DNA from: Flavobacteriales bacterium UBA7443
GTDB taxonomy: Bacteria; Bacteroidota; Bacteroidia; Flavobacteriales_D; Sanyastnellaceae
Length of the DNA: 62,766 nt
Reading direction: 5' to 3'
Assembly: GCA_002477505.1 (NCBI GenBank)
Contig: DLQB01000046.1
Location: forward strand, 1 to 62,766
Shown here: piece after piece, positions 57,609 to 62,766 of the stretch
Layout: every line of letters starts with the position of its first letter
How positions within the stretch are numbered: position 1 is the stretch's first letter
The notes under the pieces: model-generated
What the model was told of the DNA's origin: nothing
Seen by the model: the letters and a program-made list of their open reading frames with translations, nothing else
The model's database searches: none
Made by a program: the position numbers and the translations under genes

Positions 57609-58584
57609 CACGAGGATCCAGCAAGCGATAAATTTGATCCACCAGTACGTTGACGATGACAAAGGTCAAAGCAACGGATGCAACACAACCCATGACTACT
57701 GGCAAATCACTTTGTTCCAACGCACGAAACATCAGCATGCCCAATCCTTGCCAACCAAAGACGTACTCCACAAAAACGGCACCGGCCAGCATGCTTGCAA
57801 ACCATCCGGAAGCAGCCGTAACAACTGGGTTCAGTGCGTTTCGGAGCGTATGATGCAAAACAATCCTCCACGAGGACAAACCTTTTGATTTTGCGGTTCG
57901 AATGTACGAGGAGGACAATACATCAGCGGCACTGTTCCGGGTCAATTGGAGCACGACTGAAAGCGGGCGGACACCGAGGGTTAGCGCAGGCAAAATTGCA
58001 TTTTTCCATGCCAATTGGGGGCCATCAAAGGGATGAACCTCCCACAAACCACCCGTCATCGACAAGCCCGTCCAAGCGTGGCAAACCGAACCAAAAAACC
58101 AAGAAACGAGAATGGCCATTACAAACGATGGAGCGCTCATGCCGAGCGATGCCAAGCCGAGAATCCATCGGTCCCACCATCGGCCCATGGAATGCGCCAG
58201 CAGCAAACCTGTGGAGACGCCTAGAACCAATGCCAGCACCATTGCCAATGATGCCAGCAACAGGGTTGGAGGAAGCGCTTGGAAGACCGCTTCTGCCACT
58301 TCGCGGTCAGACACGAATGAGCGTCCCAAGTCAACTCCGGTCCATGCCATGCCTTCGGTCGTATGGGTGAACGGGATGAAGCCTGAGAAAAATCGAACAT
58401 ACCGCACGTGTAGCGCGTCATTTAATCCGTGCTTTTCACGAATGGCTTCAACCACTTCTTCGCGCTCATTTTGACCGGCAAGGGCCCGCGCGGGATCAGG
58501 AACACTCGAAAAGAGTACAAAAACCAGCGTCAATGCGCCCCACAACACACCCAGTCCATGGAATAGTTTGCGGACGATTGCCAT
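57595..58584 (-). CDS. ABC transporter permease (Opp/Dpp BPD_transp_1 type)
   Basis: 329 aa with 6 TM helices and the EAA-like loop SSYIRTAKSKGLSSWRIVLHHTLRNAL. Confidence 0.85.
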   Translation of the reverse strand: MAIVRKLFHGLGVLWGALTLVFVLFSSVPDPARALAGQNEREEVVEAIREKHGLNDALHVRYVRFFSGFIPFTHTTEGMAWTGVDLGRSFVSDREVAEAVFQALPPTLLLASLAMVLALVLGVSTGLLLAHSMGRWWDRWILGLASLGMSAPSFVMAILVSWFFGSVCHAWTGLSMTGGLWEVHPFDGPQLAWKNAILPALTLGVRPLSVVLQLTRNSAADVLSSSYIRTAKSKGLSSWRIVLHHTLRNALNPVVTAASGWFASMLAGAVFVEYVFGWQGLGMLMFRALEQSDLPVVMGCVASVALTFVIVNVLVDQIYRLLDPRVRVG

Positions 58585-58595
58585 CTAAAAGTGCG

Positions 58596-59963
58596 TTATT
58601 GGGCCACAAAATCTTCCCATGCCGGGACATCCCTCCAGGACCATTTCTCTTGAACAATACCATCCTTTAACCACACCAACCCTGGATTGGAACGAATCAC
58701 AATTTTCAGTTCCGTTTGATCACAGGTAAACATGTCATACGGCACCTCGTAGGTTGTACGAAATGCCTCATTTTGATCCGCAGGGGCGTTGGTCAGTCCA
58801 ATGTTTTTCCAACCCGCGGCAGCAGAAGCCTTCGCAAAAGCATTCATGGCCGTTTGATTCTCTGTATTCGCGGCCTCAAGATCCTTCGAAACATAGAGCA
58901 TCACATCGCCATCGTACGATAAGAAGTCATCGGACAGGTCCGAACCATCAGCATCCAAAATCTGAAAATCCATAATGCGTGGTTCATAGCCATCCGAAAC
59001 CTTTACCTCGGCTCCATCGAAGGAAACCGTTTCGTAGTGATTCTTGAACCATGGCTCATTGTAAATCCTCAACCAGTCCGAACTCAACACCAGCGTATCC
59101 ACTCCCGTAGTCGTATTTCGGAATGTGTACTGCGTCGCATAAACAGGCGGTTCTAGCCCCAATTCATCAGCCGATTTTCGATTCTCAACGATGCTTTCAC
59201 CCACTGCATATGGCCGGTAATCTTTCATTGGTAAGTGGTTGAGGGTCACAAATTGAAAGACCAAACAGACCACCGTTACCGCCGCAGCCATGATCCACTC
59301 TTGAGCCGGTCCTTCCCAGCGCTTTTTCAAACCTTCTGCAACGGCATAACAAATGGCCGCAAACAGCACTGGAAAATTCCATTCGAGCATCCATTCACCG
59401 AACGCATAAATCAAAATAAGGCTACCAGCAATCATGACCAAACCATCTTTTCGATCATTGAGTTTTGTCACGCCCGCAAATGCACCCCACACCACAGGGA
59501 CCGTCAAAACAGACAGGACGACATCCTTGATGAAGCTCTCATAAGGTGTCAATGGAATCGCATTTCCAAAGCAACCACAGGCCAACACACATTGATTCGA
59601 AATTTCAATGAGGTTGCCCGCGGCATCCGTAATCATTTTGGTTCCGAAAGGATCGCAATTGGCCGTGTACCAGGTGAGCCAAGTGAAAAAGGCCATGATC
59701 GCTGCTGTGAGCGTCGACGTCAATTTGGGAAGCGCTCCGAGGACCAAAGCCACACCCAGTAAAATTTCCCCAACACAGATGAATACGGACAGCGGAAGTG
59801 CCACGTCGCTAAGCCCCGGAAAATTGAGTGCTCCCGGCTCGAAGTATTCTTCCAGCTTGTACATAAAGCCGAGCGCGTCATTGGCTTTGATCAGTCCCGA
59901 CACAATAAACAATGACCCTACCAGCAGGCGACAGGCTTTCACAATTGCGTTGAATGCATTCAT
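58596..59963 (-). CDS. DoxX/MauE-like membrane protein fused to a thioredoxin-fold-like C-terminal domain (BT_3928-like family, from memory)
   Basis: N-terminal LLVGSLFIVSGLIKANDALGF... DoxX-type helices, more TM helices, and a soluble roughly 190-aa C-terminal domain without CxxC. Confidence 0.65.
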   Translation of the reverse strand: MNAFNAIVKACRLLVGSLFIVSGLIKANDALGFMYKLEEYFEPGALNFPGLSDVALPLSVFICVGEILLGVALVLGALPKLTSTLTAAIMAFFTWLTWYTANCDPFGTKMITDAAGNLIEISNQCVLACGCFGNAIPLTPYESFIKDVVLSVLTVPVVWGAFAGVTKLNDRKDGLVMIAGSLILIYAFGEWMLEWNFPVLFAAICYAVAEGLKKRWEGPAQEWIMAAAVTVVCLVFQFVTLNHLPMKDYRPYAVGESIVENRKSADELGLEPPVYATQYTFRNTTTGVDTLVLSSDWLRIYNEPWFKNHYETVSFDGAEVKVSDGYEPRIMDFQILDADGSDLSDDFLSYDGDVMLYVSKDLEAANTENQTAMNAFAKASAAAGWKNIGLTNAPADQNEAFRTTYEVPYDMFTCDQTELKIVIRSNPGLVWLKDGIVQEKWSWRDVPAWEDFVAQ

Positions 59964-59995
59964 GTTCGTCGTTTTATCAAATATTGAATCCTCTA

Positions 59996-60565
59996 TTAAT
60001 TTGCGCCGGAATCCGATTCTCCTCTTGCCAGTAAAACGAGAGCAAAGAGCGCATAATTGGCCATGTCCTCATAATTCGCCTCTACTCCTTCTGACACCTT
60101 TGTTTTACCATTATTGTCTTCGATTTGTTTCACACGAAGCACCTTCATCAGAATCAAATCCGTCAGCGAACTGACACGCATGTCGCGCCAAGCCTCCCCA
60201 TAATCGTGGTTCTTCCGAATCATCAATTGCCTCGTTTCTTCGAATGCAGCTCGGTAGCGATCAATGGCTTCTTGCTTGGGCAATTCCATCGCATGACCAT
60301 CGGACAACCCGCATTGAATGATGGCCATCAAGCTATAATTGACGATGCCAATGAATTCTGACTCTATGCCTTCGTCGACCTTGGATTCATTCGTCTCTTG
60401 AATCGTACGGATCCGATTGGCTTTGATGAACAATTGGTCCGTCAGGGATGAAGGCCGCAAAATGCGCCAGGCCGTGCCATAGTCGGAAGTCTTGGCTTCG
60501 AATAGTTCCGAGCACAGAGCAAATGCCTGGTCGTACTCCTTCAAGGTTTCTTCAATTGCGCTCAC
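59996..60565 (-). CDS. DUF1599-like protein with internal duplication
   Basis: Two copies of a DYG-x-AWR...SSLTD...K..R...I module. The GTG at 60565 (SAIEETLKEYDQAF...) is preferred, because the ORF-track TTG at 60637 would overlap the folP start. Confidence 0.7.
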   Translation of the reverse strand: MSAIEETLKEYDQAFALCSELFEAKTSDYGTAWRILRPSSLTDQLFIKANRIRTIQETNESKVDEGIESEFIGIVNYSLMAIIQCGLSDGHAMELPKQEAIDRYRAAFEETRQLMIRKNHDYGEAWRDMRVSSLTDLILMKVLRVKQIEDNNGKTKVSEGVEANYEDMANYALFALVLLARGESDSGAN

Positions 60566-60630
60566 TTCAGGAATTCTTGGAATATCTTTCGGCAAGGTAC
60601 AAACTCCATTCGGGAGAGCCAGCCAATCCA

Positions 60631-61488
60631 ATGCCAATGTCCTCTAAAACAACGGGAACTTTTCAACTTACCTCGCACGGAAAGATTTGGAAACTCGATA
60701 CGCCTCAAGTTTTGGGGATTGTGAATTGCACTCCCGATTCATTCTTTTCCGGCAATCGCTTTTCAGCAACCAACGAAGCTGTTGCACAAGGCTTAAAAAT
60801 GTTGGAGTCAGGCGCCCATGCCTTGGACATAGGTGGGCAATCTACCCGCCCAAATGCCAAGGAAGTATGCGCTGCTGAAGAATGGGAGCGCATCGAATTT
60901 GTAATCGCAGGCATCTTAAATGAACGACCAGAAGCCATTCTATCGGTGGACACCTTTCATGGAGAGGTTGCCGCGCGCGCGTTGGATGCTGGGGCGTTTA
61001 TGATCAATGATGTCTTCGCAGGGACCAAGGATGAAAATCTTGTACACGTTGTCAGCACGCGGCGAGCACCGTTGGTGATCATGCACATGCAAGGAACTCC
61101 CGCAACCATGCAAGTGAACCCTCGATATTCCAATGCGAGTGAGGACATCTGCGCTTGGTTGAAGCAGCGAAGCGATTCCCTAAAAAGCCAGGGCATGGAT
61201 CAATTGGTGGTCGACCCCGGTTTTGGTTTTGGCAAAACAACCAAACACAATTTTCAGATCTTGAGATCGCTGAAGGCATTCCAAGTACTCGGTTTCCCCC
61301 TGCTCGCTGGGGTAAGCCGAAAATCGATGATTTGGAAAACCCTTCAGTCTTCGCCAGAAGCTGCCCTAAACGGGACAACGGCGCTTCATGCTTGGGCTTT
61401 GGAGGGCGGAGCGAACATTTTACGGGTTCACGACGTCACAGAAGCCCTTGAAACAGTCGCATTGCACAACGAATTGCGAAACGCCTGA
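60631..61488 (+). CDS. folP: dihydropteroate synthase
   Basis: LGIVNCTPDSFF, LDIGGQSTRP, SVDTF, MINDV, MHMQGTP, DPGFGFGK, SRKS and ILRVHDV. The ATG at 60631 is preferred over the ORF-track 60448. Confidence 0.95.
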   Translation: MPMSSKTTGTFQLTSHGKIWKLDTPQVLGIVNCTPDSFFSGNRFSATNEAVAQGLKMLESGAHALDIGGQSTRPNAKEVCAAEEWERIEFVIAGILNERPEAILSVDTFHGEVAARALDAGAFMINDVFAGTKDENLVHVVSTRRAPLVIMHMQGTPATMQVNPRYSNASEDICAWLKQRSDSLKSQGMDQLVVDPGFGFGKTTKHNFQILRSLKAFQVLGFPLLAGVSRKSMIWKTLQSSPEAALNGTTALHAWALEGGANILRVHDVTEALETVALHNELRNA

Positions 61489-62766
61489 TCAGTGCTGGAT
61501 AAGCACTCGGACAGAAGATCCGGTTTCGTCTCGTAAAACGTACACGCCATTTGGCAAATCGCCTACGCTCAAATGCAGTCCCGAAGCACCCGGTAGGTCT
61601 GACCATGATTTGCAGCGTTTGCCCGTTAAATCATGAAGGACAAGGTTTCCGTTCCAACCGTCGACGCGAACCGTTTCATTCGCTGGGTTTGGGAAAACGT
61701 GCAACGTTTCCTTCTGAGTCGCATTTTGCACAGCACTAGGCGTTCCAGGTGCGATAGAAGCCGATGGCTGTACCATGAAAAAGTGGGTCATGGAACTCAC
61801 CGCAACATTTCCACTTGGGAAATAAGGATAATTGCTCCATGTGCCATCAAAAACAGGCGTATCTGTTGACGGATTGGTATCGAAGTAACCGACCAATTCA
61901 AGTGTGCCTGTAGCAGCGTCGGAGACGTCCAAAATGCGCAAGCCACTCAAATAATTTGACTGGTACATTTTATCCCCAATGATGTACATATTGTGGTCAA
62001 TGGCTTCTACATCCGCTTCGTAGAATCCAACAATAAAGGGGTTGTCCAAATCCGCAATGTCCATGATGTAGGTCCGGGTATTGTTCCCATAATTTTGCTC
62101 ATCGAGCTCATCATTGAAATAGCAATAGCGGTGATTGACTCCTACATATCCTTGGTGCGTGTAACCGGATTGCTCATAGGTCAAAGAGGAAACCAACGAA
62201 ACATCTTCCTTGTCTTCTGCATCGACAATGGCAATGCCCCCGTACCCATTGAAACAAATGACCATTTCTCTTCCATAGTAATCCGCATCCGGTCCGGTGT
62301 AAACAATTGGGTGAACATCATGCGAGTACGCACCATCATACGAACCAACCAAAACTGGATTCAATGGCTCTGCCAAATCAAGGATGTGGAGACCGCCTGA
62401 AAAGGTGCTCGTGCCAATCGGGTAAGCATATCCGGTCTCTTCATTGATCATGATGTTGTGTGCATTACCAAAACCGCCGTAAAAACCATCGGGCTCGAGT
62501 TGTGTCACTTGGTCCAAGGGAAGCGTTAGAAGTGAATTCAGATCAACAATTTGCAAACCATGGCTTCCGGCCTCAGAAACGATGTAGGCGTGGTTTTCAT
62601 ATACCTTGATGTCACGCCACAAACTAGGAGATGATGCCGTGGGCAAATCTGCAAAAAACTTCATGTCCGTAGGATCGGTAACGTCGATGAATGATGTGCC
62701 ACTGGATCGTCCATAAATGGCGATTTCTCGTCCTGAAACAGGGTCCGTCCAGCCCCAGCAATCATT
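61489..62766 (-). CDS. LVIVD-repeat / choice-of-anchor-B-like beta-propeller protein with T9SS type A C-terminal domain (5' end outside window)
   Basis: The frame stays open to the window edge (NDCWGWTDPVSGREIAIYGRSSGTSFIDVTDPTDMKFF...). Repeated G.HGLQIVDL / GGLHILDL / GIAIVDA / GLRILDV units. C-terminal LHVFPNPANETVRV...NGVYVLR...VRVLIQH tail. Confidence 0.8.
   Translation of the reverse strand, partial: NDCWGWTDPVSGREIAIYGRSSGTSFIDVTDPTDMKFFADLPTASSPSLWRDIKVYENHAYIVSEAGSHGLQIVDLNSLLTLPLDQVTQLEPDGFYGGFGNAHNIMINEETGYAYPIGTSTFSGGLHILDLAEPLNPVLVGSYDGAYSHDVHPIVYTGPDADYYGREMVICFNGYGGIAIVDAEDKEDVSLVSSLTYEQSGYTHQGYVGVNHRYCYFNDELDEQNYGNNTRTYIMDIADLDNPFIVGFYEADVEAIDHNMYIIGDKMYQSNYLSGLRILDVSDAATGTLELVGYFDTNPSTDTPVFDGTWSNYPYFPSGNVAVSSMTHFFMVQPSASIAPGTPSAVQNATQKETLHVFPNPANETVRVDGWNGNLVLHDLTGKRCKSWSDLPGASGLHLSVGDLPNGVYVLRDETGSSVRVLIQH

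Noticed and set aside
1-62766. Search for CRISPR arrays, defence islands, toxin-antitoxin pairs, prophage or transposon remnants, rRNA and biosynthetic gene clusters.
   Set aside because: I saw no regularly spaced direct repeats, no nuclease, methylase or cas-like genes, no phage structural or integrase genes and no PKS/NRPS-type genes. Apart from the T9SS cargo block, the gene content is core housekeeping.

Overview
This 62.8-kb window looks like a densely packed chromosomal segment from a Bacteroidota, most likely a marine Flavobacteriia-like organism. The supporting evidence is a 289-aa RpoD, a split transketolase, several cargo proteins with type A or type B T9SS C-terminal sorting domains, TAnnTTTG-type -7 boxes and no Shine-Dalgarno sequences. 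I call about 55 protein genes and one tRNA-Ser(UGA). Most of the genes are housekeeping: ychF, clpC, gyrA, rpoD, pnp, rpsO, accD, a BamA/TamA-like protein, a DEAD-box helicase, purine nucleoside phosphorylase, methylmalonyl-CoA mutase, folP and msrA. The only accessory-looking stretch is a cluster of secreted T9SS cargo genes at about 17.4-26.8 kb (S1 protease, esterase, GH16, PKD adhesin), followed by GWxTD, GT2 and ComEC genes. I found no rRNA, CRISPR array, transposase, integrase, prophage, recognisable defence system or secondary-metabolite cluster. I therefore cannot support a clear novel multi-gene system here. The best leads are: (1) a syntenic DapA-fold gene in which every catalytic residue appears to be replaced; (2) an orphan SiaB/SiaC-like kinase and phosphoprotein pair that converges on an unusually large ABCG-like transporter paired with a beta-helix lipoprotein; (3) a vWA gene translationally embedded between the two transketolase halves; (4) repeated -7 promoter boxes lying only 3-5 nt from start codons, which suggests leaderless mRNAs, one of them built from a palindrome shared by divergent genes; and (5) extreme packing of convergent gene ends with almost no terminators. 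All family assignments come from reading motifs by eye, and no database search was run.
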